DNA of 64,000 nucleotides from an uncultured Bacteroidales bacterium. Lineage in GTDB: Bacteria > Bacteroidota > Bacteroidia > Bacteroidales > UBA10428. Of this stretch, positions 37,871-47,875 are shown piece by piece. The DNA lies in NCBI GenBank assembly GCA_963717995.1, contig CAVQXX010000006.1, forward strand, positions 102,357-166,356, read 5' to 3'. Every line of letters starts with the position of its first letter. Within the stretch, counting starts at the first letter, position 1. The notes under the pieces are model-generated. The model was not told the origin of the DNA. It searched no databases and saw nothing but the letters and a program-made list of their open reading frames with translations. The translations under genes were made by a program, and so were the position numbers.

Positions 37871-38407
37871 ATAGTATTAGTCATATTCCTGGTTCTGCTG
37901 CTGAGCGTGTTATTCATGCCCATCCATGTCAGAATTAACCCGGAAGAGGGGCAGCACCTTCATGGAAAGGCTGGAATTTTACGGTTGAACATTGATCTGG
38001 ACGAAGAAAAACTCATCTCGGTAACACTTTATTTTTTTTATCTGAGATTTAGCTGGTACCCCTTGCAGAATAAAAACGGGCAACCTGCAAAGAAAAAGGA
38101 ATCAAATAAAAAGAGCAGGGTTAACATAATGAGCTGGAACCGCCTGAAATTCCTGATAAATGTTGCCTGGCAGTCAGTTAAAAAATCAAAGCTCAGAATA
38201 CTCTATCTTGACCTGGATACGCGAAACGTAATAATTAATGCAAACCTTTACCCTGTTTTTGAACTCATGAGCAAGAGACCAGGAATTAATCTCAATATTA
38301 ATTATGCAGGAAATTTTGCCCTGGTGCTTGATGTTGAGAATAACCTCTGGAATGTGGTGAGGATTTTTCTCTGGAATTTTGCCAAAAGGATAATTCATAT
38401 TAACTAA
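37865..38407 (+). CDS. DUF2953/YtfI-like membrane protein
   Basis: N-terminal TM helix (YIVLVIFLVLLLSVLF), then a PIHVRIN... pattern. It sits directly upstream of a YtfJ/GerW homolog, as in Bacillus ytfI-ytfJ. Only a TTG start retains the TM helix. Confidence 0.4.
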   Translation: MYIVLVIFLVLLLSVLFMPIHVRINPEEGQHLHGKAGILRLNIDLDEEKLISVTLYFFYLRFSWYPLQNKNGQPAKKKESNKKSRVNIMSWNRLKFLINVAWQSVKKSKLRILYLDLDTRNVIINANLYPVFELMSKRPGINLNINYAGNFALVLDVENNLWNVVRIFLWNFAKRIIHIN

Positions 38408-38418
38408 AAACTGCACAG

Positions 38419-38784
38419 ATGGAATTCAATCTCGATGAAATGCTCAACAAGGTCATTGACCAGTTGAGAACAATGTCCAAAACGGAAACGGTTATTGGTG
38501 AATCTTTCAAATTAGGTGAATTTGAATGCGTACCGGTAGTTAAAGTCAGCATGGGATTTGGCAGTGGCGGAGGATCCGGTGAAAGCAGCAAAAGCAACCT
38601 CGGCCAGGCGGGAGCGGCTGGGGCCGGTTTGGGCATAGAACCGCTTGGCTTCCTGGTTTCAAGAGGGGATGAAATTTCAATGATCAGTATTTCCCGGTCA
38701 AAGGGATTGCAGTCGGTTTTCGAAAAAGTTCCTGATCTGCTGGAGAAACTGGTTGATGTTAAACTGAAGAAGGATAGTAAATAG
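38419..38784 (+). CDS. GerW/YtfJ-family protein
   Basis: ETVIGESFKLGEFECVPVVKVSMGFGSGGGSGE...GAGLGIEPLGFLVSRGDEISMI matches the Spore_YtfJ pattern. Confidence 0.7.
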   Translation: MEFNLDEMLNKVIDQLRTMSKTETVIGESFKLGEFECVPVVKVSMGFGSGGGSGESSKSNLGQAGAAGAGLGIEPLGFLVSRGDEISMISISRSKGLQSVFEKVPDLLEKLVDVKLKKDSK

Positions 38785-38813
38785 GATTTACAGATCTCGT
38801 GCAGCATTTGGGT

Positions 38814-39254
38814 TCATCTCTTCCCTGCAAAGAAATTCTTCACCAGTTCACTGCATTCCCTGTTCATGATGCCACCCTGCACCACTGTCCGAGGGTGTAG
38901 CAAGGATTGCCGGACCAGGGTGAATCCGCGTTTTTCATCAGTAGCCCCATATACAATTTTGCCCAGCTGTGTCCAGAATGCAGCGCCTGCGCACATCACA
39001 CACGGTTCTACGGTAACATACATCGTGCATTCATCCAGGTATTTTCCGCCAATAGTATTGGTAGCTGAGGTAAATGCCTGCATTTCGGCATGAGCGGTTG
39101 GATCATTCAGGGTTTCCACCAGGTTATGGGCCCTTGCAATGATGCGGTTATTCCACACAATCACCGCTCCAATAGGCACCTCATCTTTTTGAAGTGCATG
39201 CCGGGCTTCCTTAAAGGCCTCATTCATAAAATATTCGTCACTGAACAATTTCAT
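38814..39254 (-). CDS. tadA: tRNA adenosine(34) deaminase
   Basis: CMP/dCMP deaminase zinc motifs HAEM and PCVMCAGA. ATG at 39254 (MKLFSDEYFMNEAFKEA). Confidence 0.9.
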   Translation of the reverse strand: MKLFSDEYFMNEAFKEARHALQKDEVPIGAVIVWNNRIIARAHNLVETLNDPTAHAEMQAFTSATNTIGGKYLDECTMYVTVEPCVMCAGAAFWTQLGKIVYGATDEKRGFTLVRQSLLHPRTVVQGGIMNRECSELVKNFFAGKR

Positions 39255-39368
39255 TTCAATTTGTTTTTTGTGGCTTGTAGAGCATCTGATTTCTGCGCTG
39301 TATGAGCAATCACTTGGCAAATATTGTAATTAAATTCATATTTTCGCATTCTACTAACTTCAATTACA

Positions 39369-41126
39369 ATGTACAGAACACATACCTGCGGCGAGTTAAA
39401 AATAGAAGATGCCCTTAAAAGCGTAACTTTGAGCGGATGGATACAACGGTCACGTGACCTGGGTGGAATGACGTTTATCGATTTACGTGACAGGTACGGC
39501 TTAACACAACTGGTCTTTAACATGGACACAAATCCTGCCCTTTGCAATGAAGCCCGCCGGCTGGGAAGGGAATTCGTGATACAGGTTGAAGGACTTGTTA
39601 GGGAAAGAAGCAACAAGAATCCCAAAATGCCTACAGGAGATATTGAAATCCAGGTAGAGCGCATGAAAGTGTTGAATAGTTCACTAACGCCCCCTTTTAC
39701 AATTGAAGAAGAATCGGATGGTGGTGATGAACTCAGGATGAAATTCCGGTATCTCGATTTGAGAAGACCTCCCCTTCAACATAACTTGTTACTGAGGCAT
39801 CAGATGGCTTTTGAATCAAGGAATTATTTAAACAGCCAGCATTTTATTGAGGTGGAAACCCCGGTTCTTATTAAATCCACGCCCGAAGGAGCGCGTGATT
39901 TTGTAGTGCCATCCCGTGTAAATCCCGGACAGTTCTATGCACTGCCCCAATCACCGCAAACCTTCAAACAGTTGCTGATGGTGGCTGGTTTTGACCGGTA
40001 CATGCAGATTGTGAAATGTTTCAGGGATGAGGATCTGCGGGCTGACCGCCAGCCTGAATTCACCCAGATCGACTGCGAAATGTCGTTTGTTCACCAGGAG
40101 GACGTACTGAATGTTTTTGAAGGATTGATAAAGCATTTATTCAGCAGCGTGAAGGGTATCGGTTTTAGTGAGCCTTTTCACCGGATGACCTTTGCTGAAG
40201 CAATTGAAAAATATGGAAATGATAAACCGGATATCCGGTTTGGAATGGAATTCAAGGACCTCACAAATCACGTAAAGGGAAAGAATTTTGCCGTATTTGA
40301 CAGCGCGGAATATATTGGTTGTATCATAGCCCCGGGCTGTTCAGAATATACACGGAAGCAGCTTGATGAATTGACCGAGTTCATAAGAAAACCGCAGATA
40401 GGGGGGAAGGGATTAATTTATATCCGTTGTAATCCGGACGGTTCCTTCAAGTCGTCCGTGGATAAATTTTATACCCCGGATGAATTACGGAAAATAGCAG
40501 CCACTGCAGGTGCAGTCGAAGGAGATCTTTTGCTGGTCATGGCAGGTGAGCATATGCCTGCACTTAGGGCTCTGAGCGAGCTTAGATTAGAAATGGGAAG
40601 CCGGCTTGGACTTAGGGAAAAAGGCGTATACAAACCATTATGGGTGCTTGATTTTCCATTACTTGAATGGAATGAGGAAAGCAAAAGGTTTTATGCCATG
40701 CATCATCCATTTACCTCACCCAAACCGGAAGATATTGAATTACTCAGTTCAGATCCGGCCAGGGTCAGGGCCAATGCATATGACTGTGTGATAAATGGAG
40801 TTGAGATTGGAGGCGGATCCATCCGGATACATGAAGAGGGACTCCAGAAGAAAATGTTCCAGGTTCTTGGATTTACGGATGCTGAGGCAGAGAACCAGTT
40901 TGGATTTTTAATGCAGGCATTCCGGTATGGCGCACCTCCTCACGGTGGAATCGCATTTGGTTTGGACCGGCTTGTTTCGCTTTTTGCCGGGGAAGACTCG
41001 ATCCGGGATGTTATTGCTTTTCCTAAAAACAACGCTGGCCGTGATGTGATGGCGGATGCACCCGGGGAAATATCATCAGAGCAATTGAAGGAGTTGTCAA
41101 TCTCAATTAAAATGGCAGTTAAATAG
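39369..41126 (+). CDS. aspS: aspartate--tRNA ligase
   Basis: [11 protein letters not shown]..., class II motifs [26 protein letters not shown] and [15 protein letters not shown]. Confidence 0.97.
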   Translation: MYRTHTCGELKIEDALKSVTLSGWIQRSRDLGGMTFIDLRDRYGLTQLVFNMDTNPALCNEARRLGREFVIQVEGLVRERSNKNPKMPTGDIEIQVERMKVLNSSLTPPFTIEEESDGGDELRMKFRYLDLRRPPLQHNLLLRHQMAFESRNYLNSQHFIEVETPVLIKSTPEGARDFVVPSRVNPGQFYALPQSPQTFKQLLMVAGFDRYMQIVKCFRDEDLRADRQPEFTQIDCEMSFVHQEDVLNVFEGLIKHLFSSVKGIGFSEPFHRMTFAEAIEKYGNDKPDIRFGMEFKDLTNHVKGKNFAVFDSAEYIGCIIAPGCSEYTRKQLDELTEFIRKPQIGGKGLIYIRCNPDGSFKSSVDKFYTPDELRKIAATAGAVEGDLLLVMAGEHMPALRALSELRLEMGSRLGLREKGVYKPLWVLDFPLLEWNEESKRFYAMHHPFTSPKPEDIELLSSDPARVRANAYDCVINGVEIGGGSIRIHEEGLQKKMFQVLGFTDAEAENQFGFLMQAFRYGAPPHGGIAFGLDRLVSLFAGEDSIRDVIAFPKNNAGRDVMADAPGEISSEQLKELSISIKMAVK

Positions 41127-41139
41127 GAAGGTCAGGTTT

Positions 41140-41709
41140 ATGGAAAAAATTACAATGGGGGCCTATCCTTTTTTGTATCCGATGCCCACGGTGATTATCG
41201 GGACCCAGATCGAAGGAAAGCCCAACTTTATTACTGTTTCGTACTGTGGAATTATTCAGCACCGCCCTGCTATGATCTCAATTGCACTCATCGAGAAGCA
41301 TTATTCAAACAGGGGAATCAAGGAAAACGGGTGCTTCAGCGTCAATATCCCTAATACCCGCATGTTGAAAATCACTGATTATCTTGGTATTAATTCGGGC
41401 AATACGATAGACAAATCAGGCCTTTTTGACATATTTTACGGAAAACTGCCCAATGCACCCATGATCAGGGAAACTCCCCTGAACCTTGAATGTACTGTGG
41501 TAAAATCAATCGACCTGGGGAATGACTGCGAGATCTATATCGGAGAAATTGTTGAGTCATATACCGAAAAAAAATACCTGAAGAACGGGCGTCCCTATAT
41601 ACGCAAACTGGATCCTATCCTCTTCTCGATCAATTCAAACAATTATTTCAGGGTGGGTCGCAAATTGGGTCCTGCTTGGAGGTCCGGGCTGGATTTCAAA
41701 CCGAAATAA
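41140..41709 (+). CDS. flavin reductase family (FMN-binding split barrel) protein
   Basis: YPMPTVIIGTQIEGKPNFITVSYCGII...ISIALIEKHYSNRGIKENGCFSVNIP pattern. Confidence 0.8.
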   Translation: MEKITMGAYPFLYPMPTVIIGTQIEGKPNFITVSYCGIIQHRPAMISIALIEKHYSNRGIKENGCFSVNIPNTRMLKITDYLGINSGNTIDKSGLFDIFYGKLPNAPMIRETPLNLECTVVKSIDLGNDCEIYIGEIVESYTEKKYLKNGRPYIRKLDPILFSINSNNYFRVGRKLGPAWRSGLDFKPK

Positions 41710-41969
41710 ACCAATCTCTCGCAAATTTCGCACATATAAAATTTTAACGGGACTTTATTTCTCGCAGATTCACGCAAATTTCGCAGATTATGCGAATCCA
41801 TTCTATGAAACGGTCAATCGAATGCAATGAGATTTCTGTGTCCTCAGAGTATCGTTAAGCTCATCTCTGCTTTTAACTCTGTGGTTACTTTTTGGCAATC
41901 TCTCAATTTACCGTTACGCGTGTTTGATTTTGTGCAATACACGTATTGAATCAATACTGGATACAGGCA

Positions 41970-43757
41970 TCAATCCAGTTTCAGCACAGCTAAGAAGGCT
42001 GACTGGGGCACTTCCACATTACCAATCTGCCGCATCCGTTTTTTCCCCTTCTTTTGTTTTTCCAGCAACTTTCTTTTCCGGGTAATATCCCCACCGTAAC
42101 ATTTAGCCGTAACATCCTTTCTCACGGCTTTCACAGTTTCCCTTGCAATTACCTTGGCACCGATGGCCGCCTGAATAGCTATATCAAACTGCTGCCGGGG
42201 GATCAGTTCCTGCAATTTTTCACATATTCTCCGTCCGAACGCATAGGCATTATCACGATGGATAAGTGAGGAAAGGGCATCCACCATATCCCCGTTCAGC
42301 AGGATATCCAGTTTTACGAGGTTTGCTGGCTTATAGCCAGTGTAATGGTAGTCGAATGAGGCATAACCTTTTGAAATACTTTTCAGCTTATCATAGAAGT
42401 CAAATACAATCTCGGCAAGCGGCATTTCGAAACGGAGTTCGATGCGGTTGGTGGTGAGGTATATTTGATTCTTCAGCACTCCACGCTTATCAATGCATAG
42501 TTTCATTACCGGACCCACATAATCACTCTGGCAGATGATCTCTGCTTCGATATAGGGCTCTTCGATGATGTCAATATAGGTCTGGTCGGGTAGTCCTGAA
42601 GGGTTATGCACATCAATGGTTTCGCCCTTATTCGTAATAACCTGGTAAGATACGTTGGGTACTGTATTGATCACATCCATATTGAATTCGCGATCAAGCC
42701 GTTCCTGTACTATTTCCATATGCAGCAATCCCAGGAAACCGCAACGGAATCCAAATCCAAGGGCAGCTGATGATTCCGGAATAAATGAAAGAGAAGCATC
42801 ATTGAGCTGAAGTTTTTCAAGTGAAGCCCGCAATTCCTCATAATCATCTGCATCAATCGGATATATCCCGGCAAAAACCATGGGTTTAACTTCCACGAAA
42901 CCGGCAATGGCTTTATCACATTGCCTGTCATATTGTGTGATCGTATCACCCACCTTAACTTCTTTGGCCGATTTGATTCCGGAAATAATATAACCTACAT
43001 TTCCGGCCTTCAGTTCTTTCTGAGGTTCAAACCGCAATTTAAGCACACCGATCTCATCGGCATAATAGTCCATTCCCTGGTTCACGAATTTAACATGGTC
43101 CCCCTTGCGGATGGTTCCGTTCATGATTTTGAAATAGGCGTATATGCCGCGGAATGAGTTAAATACTGAATCGAATATAAGAGCCTGGAGCGGTGCCTCG
43201 GCATCACCCTTTGGAGGCGGAATGCGCTCGATGATCCTTGCCAGGATGGCCTCAACTCCTTGTCCTGTCTTGGCACTAACCTCCAGAATTTCTTCCCGCT
43301 TGCAACCGGTGAGGTCAACGATCTGATCCTTAACTTCCTCAGGCATGGCACTGGGCATGTCCATTTTATTCAATACCGGGATGATCTCCAGATAATGATC
43401 CACAGCCTGGTAAAGATTTGAAATGGTTTGCGCCTGGATTCCCTGGGTAGCATCTACCACCAGGAGGGCACCTTCACAAGCAGCAATGGCACGCGATACT
43501 TCATATGAGAAGTCAACGTGTCCCGGGGTATCAATCAGGTTTAGTATATAATTTTTTCCATCCAGCTCATATTCCATTTGAATGGCATGGCTCTTGATCG
43601 TAATTCCGCGTTCGCGTTCAAGGTCCATGTCATCTAGCACCTGGTCCTGAAAGTCCCTGTCTGCCAGGGTATGGGTTAATTGTATGAGACGGTCAGCCAA
43701 TGTGCTTTTACCGTGATCAATGTGGGCTATGATGCAAAAATTCCGGATGTCCTCCAT
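41970..43757 (-). CDS. lepA: translation elongation factor 4
   Basis: [29 protein letters not shown] and NKMD GTPase motifs, plus LepA C-terminal block [16 protein letters not shown]. Confidence 0.97.
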   Translation of the reverse strand: MEDIRNFCIIAHIDHGKSTLADRLIQLTHTLADRDFQDQVLDDMDLERERGITIKSHAIQMEYELDGKNYILNLIDTPGHVDFSYEVSRAIAACEGALLVVDATQGIQAQTISNLYQAVDHYLEIIPVLNKMDMPSAMPEEVKDQIVDLTGCKREEILEVSAKTGQGVEAILARIIERIPPPKGDAEAPLQALIFDSVFNSFRGIYAYFKIMNGTIRKGDHVKFVNQGMDYYADEIGVLKLRFEPQKELKAGNVGYIISGIKSAKEVKVGDTITQYDRQCDKAIAGFVEVKPMVFAGIYPIDADDYEELRASLEKLQLNDASLSFIPESSAALGFGFRCGFLGLLHMEIVQERLDREFNMDVINTVPNVSYQVITNKGETIDVHNPSGLPDQTYIDIIEEPYIEAEIICQSDYVGPVMKLCIDKRGVLKNQIYLTTNRIELRFEMPLAEIVFDFYDKLKSISKGYASFDYHYTGYKPANLVKLDILLNGDMVDALSSLIHRDNAYAFGRRICEKLQELIPRQQFDIAIQAAIGAKVIARETVKAVRKDVTAKCYGGDITRKRKLLEKQKKGKKRMRQIGNVEVPQSAFLAVLKLD

Positions 43758-43784
43758 TTACAAAACATTATCTTTTAACGGACA

Positions 43785-43792
43785 CAAAGATA
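43785..43792 (-). promoter_or_regulatory. candidate -7 box (TATCTTTG) for lepA
   Basis: The minus-strand read TATCTTTG matches TAnnTTTG. It ends 27 nt upstream of the lepA ATG (43757). Confidence 0.35.
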
Positions 43793-43800
43793 TTTATAAT

Positions 43801-43834
43801 GTGCTAATATGCTAATATGCCAATATGCCAATTA
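43801..43834 (-). repeat. short octamer array in reverse orientation (4 units)
   Basis: Plus-strand GTGCTAAT ATGCTAAT ATGCCAAT ATGCCAAT TAGC. These are the reverse complements of ATTAGCAC / ATTAGCAT / ATTGGCAT x2. Confidence 0.85.
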
Positions 43835-43906
43835 GCTGACGCGGCTTGATTACTGCTAAAAAAAAGGCAGTCATGCAGTAAATGAAGTCTCATATAGCCG
43901 CGTCAG
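43835..43906. repeat. 12-bp perfect inverted repeat with structured 48-nt loop
   Basis: GCTGACGCGGCT (43835-43846) pairs with AGCCGCGTCAGC (43895-43906). Inner inverted repeat TTACTGC (43850-43856) / GCAGTAA (43874-43880) surrounds an A8 run. Confidence 0.85.
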
Positions 43907-44000
43907 CCATTAGCACATTAGCATATTAGCACATTAGCACATTAGCACATTATGCATATTAGCATATTAGCACATTAGCACATTAGCACATTAGCACATT
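43907..44000 (+). repeat. tandem octamer array (YATTAGCA) x11, one 9-nt variant
   Basis: CATTAGCA/TATTAGCA units run from 43907, one unit is CATTATGCA (43947-43955), and the array ends CATTG at 44000, 39 nt before the GNAT ATG. Confidence 0.9.
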
Positions 44001-44038
44001 GTTTTGTACTTTGGCCACACAATTCATAAAAGCATCTT

Positions 44039-44515
44039 ATGATTACTGACAATGTAGAAATTATTCCCTGCGATTTCAATAATCCTGACCATTGCAGGGC
44101 TCTCGTGAGTTTAATGAATGAATATATTTCCGATAAGATGGGTGATGGGATCCCCTATACCGAGGAACAAAAAGCAGCACTTGTGGAGGGCCTGCGCAGG
44201 CATGAATCAAAACTTATAGTGCTGGCAAAGGCTGGAGACCGGTATGTGGGATTGACAAACTGCTTCATTAATTTTGCCACATTCACTGTAAAACCCTTTG
44301 TGAATATTCATGATGTTATTGTAACAAGTGACTGGCGCAATAAAGGATTAGGCCGGTTGATGCTGTCAAGGGTAATTGAAAAGGCACATGAACTTGGATG
44401 CTCAAAAGTCACTCTCGAAGTCAGGGAAGATAATGACAATGCAAAGTATTTATATAACAGCCTGGGATTTCATGATGCCGAACCCAGGCAGTACTATTGG
44501 GCCAAATATCTTTAA
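44039..44515 (+). CDS. GNAT family N-acetyltransferase
   Basis: Acetyl-CoA-binding block IHDVIVTSDWRNKGLGRLMLSRVIEKAHELGCSKVTLEV...NAKYLYNSLGF. Confidence 0.85.
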   Translation: MITDNVEIIPCDFNNPDHCRALVSLMNEYISDKMGDGIPYTEEQKAALVEGLRRHESKLIVLAKAGDRYVGLTNCFINFATFTVKPFVNIHDVIVTSDWRNKGLGRLMLSRVIEKAHELGCSKVTLEVREDNDNAKYLYNSLGFHDAEPRQYYWAKYL

Positions 44516-44544
44516 AAACTGAATTATTCCGGCTCCCCTCACTG

Positions 44545-46974
44545 CTATTCGTATTTTAGCGCCGGGGCAGGATTGGAATGTGCCGCAACATAGGCCTGGT
44601 AATATACCGTAACCAGCGATATAATCAGAACTGCTGTAAACGGGACGAAGAAATAGAATGCATTCAGGCTGATCTTATATGCATATCCTGTAAGCCATGA
44701 ATCTACAAGGAAATAAACTCCAACCCAGGCAAGGATGGATGAAACCAATAGCAGCAGAATAATATTTCGTACTTCGAATAATATAATGGTTCCCGGATCC
44801 GCACCCATTGCTTTTCTTACACCCATTTCAAATCCACGCCGGCTGTAGGTATACGAAACAAGTCCGAATAAACCCAGACAGGCGATGAGCATGGCTACGA
44901 TCGATAAAACGGAGAAAATACGTCCGGTTTCTCTCACCCGGTTATAACGGTTTTGCAGGTCGCGATCGAGGAAATAAGAGACAAACGGGTAGGCTGCGGA
45001 AAATTTTTCCCACGTTGATTTTAAATCCTGAATTACCGGGGCCGGATCACCTGCATGAAGCCTTACTGTGAGATATCCTTCAAGGTTTCCCGGCATAAGC
45101 ACCATCACCATTGGAGCTACCGGATTTTCAAGTACTTCAAAATTAAAATCCTTTACAATGCCGATTATCCTGTAATTGTGCGTTTTCCGGGGAATAGCAG
45201 CCAATTGAATCAGATTCTTTCCTACCAGTTCCTTTTCTCCAAGCTTTCGTGCCATGGATTCATTGATCACGCAGGCAGTTGAATCCCCGGGATAGACTTT
45301 ATCAAAAAATCTGCCTGATGCTAAGGTGAGTTGATATACTGAGTCATAGTCATAACTGATAAAAATATGAGAAGCGGCATAATTCCTGGTTACTGATGTA
45401 CCCTCCAGATAATAGGGAATCCTGGGAAAGATACTTCCGGGTATGCTGGTACTGTTGGTTACAGTAACTACACCCGGATACTGGCTGATCTGTTTCTTGT
45501 ATTCTTCGAGCTGATTTTTAAGTCCATCAGGCCGTCTGATAATCAGCAGATTTTCCTTGTCAAAACCAAGGTCTTTATGGATCAGGTATTTGTACTGTCC
45601 CATCACTATGCCTGTCATCGTTATGACACCGATAGTGATAAAAAGCTGAAAGAGAACCAGTCCTGACCTGAAATAGTTTCTTCCTGCCAATTTGCGCCGG
45701 TGGTTCTGCAGCACATCCAATGGTTCGAAGGATGAAAAACGAAGCGCAGGATAAATTCCCGAAAATAGTCCAATGACCAGAATCAGACCGATCAATAACA
45801 AAGCACCGGATGAATTCAGCAGCTGTGATAATTTGAGATCAAGTTCCATGTACTGGTTGAAAAGAGGAAGGCAAAGTTCCGTGATAAATAATGCAAGCAA
45901 CATAGAAAGAAAGGCAAGTACAGAGGATTCAATAAGAAACTGCCGTATGAGAATGTTTTTCTCTGAGCCTGCAATTTTCCGGATACTGACTTCCCTGGCA
46001 CGATCAGCTGAACGGGATGTAGTAAGAGTAATAAAATTAACGCATGACAGTATAAGGATTATGATGGCAAGTGCCGTAAAAAGATAAACATATAAAATAT
46101 TGCCTACCGGTTCATATTCGTTATTGAAAGTAGATCTGAGATGAATATCTGTGATGGGCTGGATAATATAATTATAGCTGTCGTCGCTGTTATCTGCGCT
46201 TTTGGGATCTATACCCAGAAATTTGTGATAGTCGGGTAAAACATATTTCGGAATCAGAGCCTGCACGTATGCATCCAGTGTATCCATGGAAGACCCGGGC
46301 ATGACACTGAAATAGGTATACAGGTAATTGATCACCCAACGTTCGTCATGCATCATTTTGCTAAAGGTTGATAAAGAGCCGACCATGTCAAAATGCATGT
46401 GCGAATTCTCCGGAACATCTTCCATAACACCGGTTACACGGTAATAGGTAGAGTCATTTTCAATGCGCAGCAGCTTACCAACCGGATCATCATTTCCAAA
46501 ATAGGTGAATGCCTCGGATCGGCTCAGCACAATACTGTTTGGCTTACTTAGCACATCATCGGCATTTCCCTTCAACAGGGGAAATGAAAAAACAGAAAAA
46601 AAAGAACGATCGGCAAATATGATATTATCCTCATTATTCCGTACATCTCCCCGACGAACCAGCCAGGCGCCGAAGCGTGCAACACGAACGGAATTTTCAA
46701 CACCCGGTATTTCACGTTTTAAAGCTTCTGCGAGGGGTGCCGGAGTAACGGCATGATTGAAACGGTTGTCAGATATTTTTCCTTTGATCCCGACCCGGAA
46801 TATCCGGTCAGAATCCCTGTGAAAGCGATCGTAACTTGTTTCCTGGTATACATAAAGGAATATAATGATGCTAAAGGCCAGGCCAATGGCAAGACCGAAG
46901 ATATTGATAAGCGTATTCAACTTATCCCGAACCAATATCCTGAAGGCAACCTTGAAGAAACTGGTAAACATCAC
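44545..46974 (-). CDS. FtsX-like ABC transporter permease (MacB-type, double module)
   Basis: 809 aa. N-terminal TM, then a MacB-like periplasmic domain and an FtsX 4-TM block, repeated twice. This is the typical Bacteroidota ~800-aa permease layout. Confidence 0.85.
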   Translation of the reverse strand: MMFTSFFKVAFRILVRDKLNTLINIFGLAIGLAFSIIIFLYVYQETSYDRFHRDSDRIFRVGIKGKISDNRFNHAVTPAPLAEALKREIPGVENSVRVARFGAWLVRRGDVRNNEDNIIFADRSFFSVFSFPLLKGNADDVLSKPNSIVLSRSEAFTYFGNDDPVGKLLRIENDSTYYRVTGVMEDVPENSHMHFDMVGSLSTFSKMMHDERWVINYLYTYFSVMPGSSMDTLDAYVQALIPKYVLPDYHKFLGIDPKSADNSDDSYNYIIQPITDIHLRSTFNNEYEPVGNILYVYLFTALAIIILILSCVNFITLTTSRSADRAREVSIRKIAGSEKNILIRQFLIESSVLAFLSMLLALFITELCLPLFNQYMELDLKLSQLLNSSGALLLIGLILVIGLFSGIYPALRFSSFEPLDVLQNHRRKLAGRNYFRSGLVLFQLFITIGVITMTGIVMGQYKYLIHKDLGFDKENLLIIRRPDGLKNQLEEYKKQISQYPGVVTVTNSTSIPGSIFPRIPYYLEGTSVTRNYAASHIFISYDYDSVYQLTLASGRFFDKVYPGDSTACVINESMARKLGEKELVGKNLIQLAAIPRKTHNYRIIGIVKDFNFEVLENPVAPMVMVLMPGNLEGYLTVRLHAGDPAPVIQDLKSTWEKFSAAYPFVSYFLDRDLQNRYNRVRETGRIFSVLSIVAMLIACLGLFGLVSYTYSRRGFEMGVRKAMGADPGTIILFEVRNIILLLLVSSILAWVGVYFLVDSWLTGYAYKISLNAFYFFVPFTAVLIISLVTVYYQAYVAAHSNPAPALKYE

Positions 46975-47215
46975 CAGATATTTTTAGAAAAGAGAGAATG
47001 TCCAATGAACTTAACCAATATTCATGCCACCGGATATATATATTTAATTATCAAAACGATACGACTATATTTGTGCTTCATGTTACATAACCAGGAGTGT
47101 ACGCTTTCAATACACGTGGTGTACGAAAATGGATAATCGACGAAAAAAGTTTAATTTTGATACAGAAATACCAGTTAAAATCATTGTGACGATTTTAGCC
47201 TTAATATAAAGGGTT

Positions 47216-47863
47216 ATGAAAACAGGCAAAAGCATTATTATAATGCTACTCATGGCAATCAGCCTCCTTTTTGTGAGTGCACACTCATGGGCGCAGTCGA
47301 AACAGGCTGAAAGCGAAATCGACAAAAAAGTAAACGACTTTCTTAAAAAGCAGTCGAGTATGTGGCGGGATATGAATGTACCTGCAACCGACGGCAAATT
47401 GTTATTTGATATTATCATGGAAAACAAATACAAGAGTGCCGTTGAGATTGGAACTTCCACGGGTCACTCCAGTATATGGTTAGCCTGGGCCCTGAGCAAG
47501 AATGGAGGCAAGCTGATCACATTTGAAATTGATGAACGGCGGTATAAGGAAGCACTTTCCAATTTCGAAAAAGCGGGCTTGTCGAATTACATCGATGCCA
47601 GGCTGGGTGACGCCCATGATCTGGTTGCGAAACTGAATGAATCCATCGACTTTGTTTTTAGTGATGCAGATAAAGACTGGTACACCAATTATTTTAAGGC
47701 ACTTGATCCCCAACTGGTGGTAGGAGGATGTTTTACAGCTCACAATATTGAAATGTCAGGCGCCCGGGAATTCTATGAATATATCAGCAAACTTCCCAAC
47801 TATAAAACCATGGTGGATAACCGCGGTGCCGGCATGTCAATCAGCTACAAAACTGGTAAATAA
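47216..47863 (+). CDS. secreted class I SAM-dependent O-methyltransferase (family 3-like)
   Basis: Signal peptide, SAM motif AVEIGTSTGHSSIWLAWAL, GKLITFEID, GDAHDL, DFVFSDADKDWY. Confidence 0.8.
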   Translation: MKTGKSIIIMLLMAISLLFVSAHSWAQSKQAESEIDKKVNDFLKKQSSMWRDMNVPATDGKLLFDIIMENKYKSAVEIGTSTGHSSIWLAWALSKNGGKLITFEIDERRYKEALSNFEKAGLSNYIDARLGDAHDLVAKLNESIDFVFSDADKDWYTNYFKALDPQLVVGGCFTAHNIEMSGAREFYEYISKLPNYKTMVDNRGAGMSISYKTGK

Positions 47864-47875
47864 TAGTTACGCATT

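Noticed and set aside
37775-44000. The octamer arrays as CRISPR arrays.
   Set aside because: The units are 8 bp and directly abutting, with no spacers. No cas genes are present in the window.
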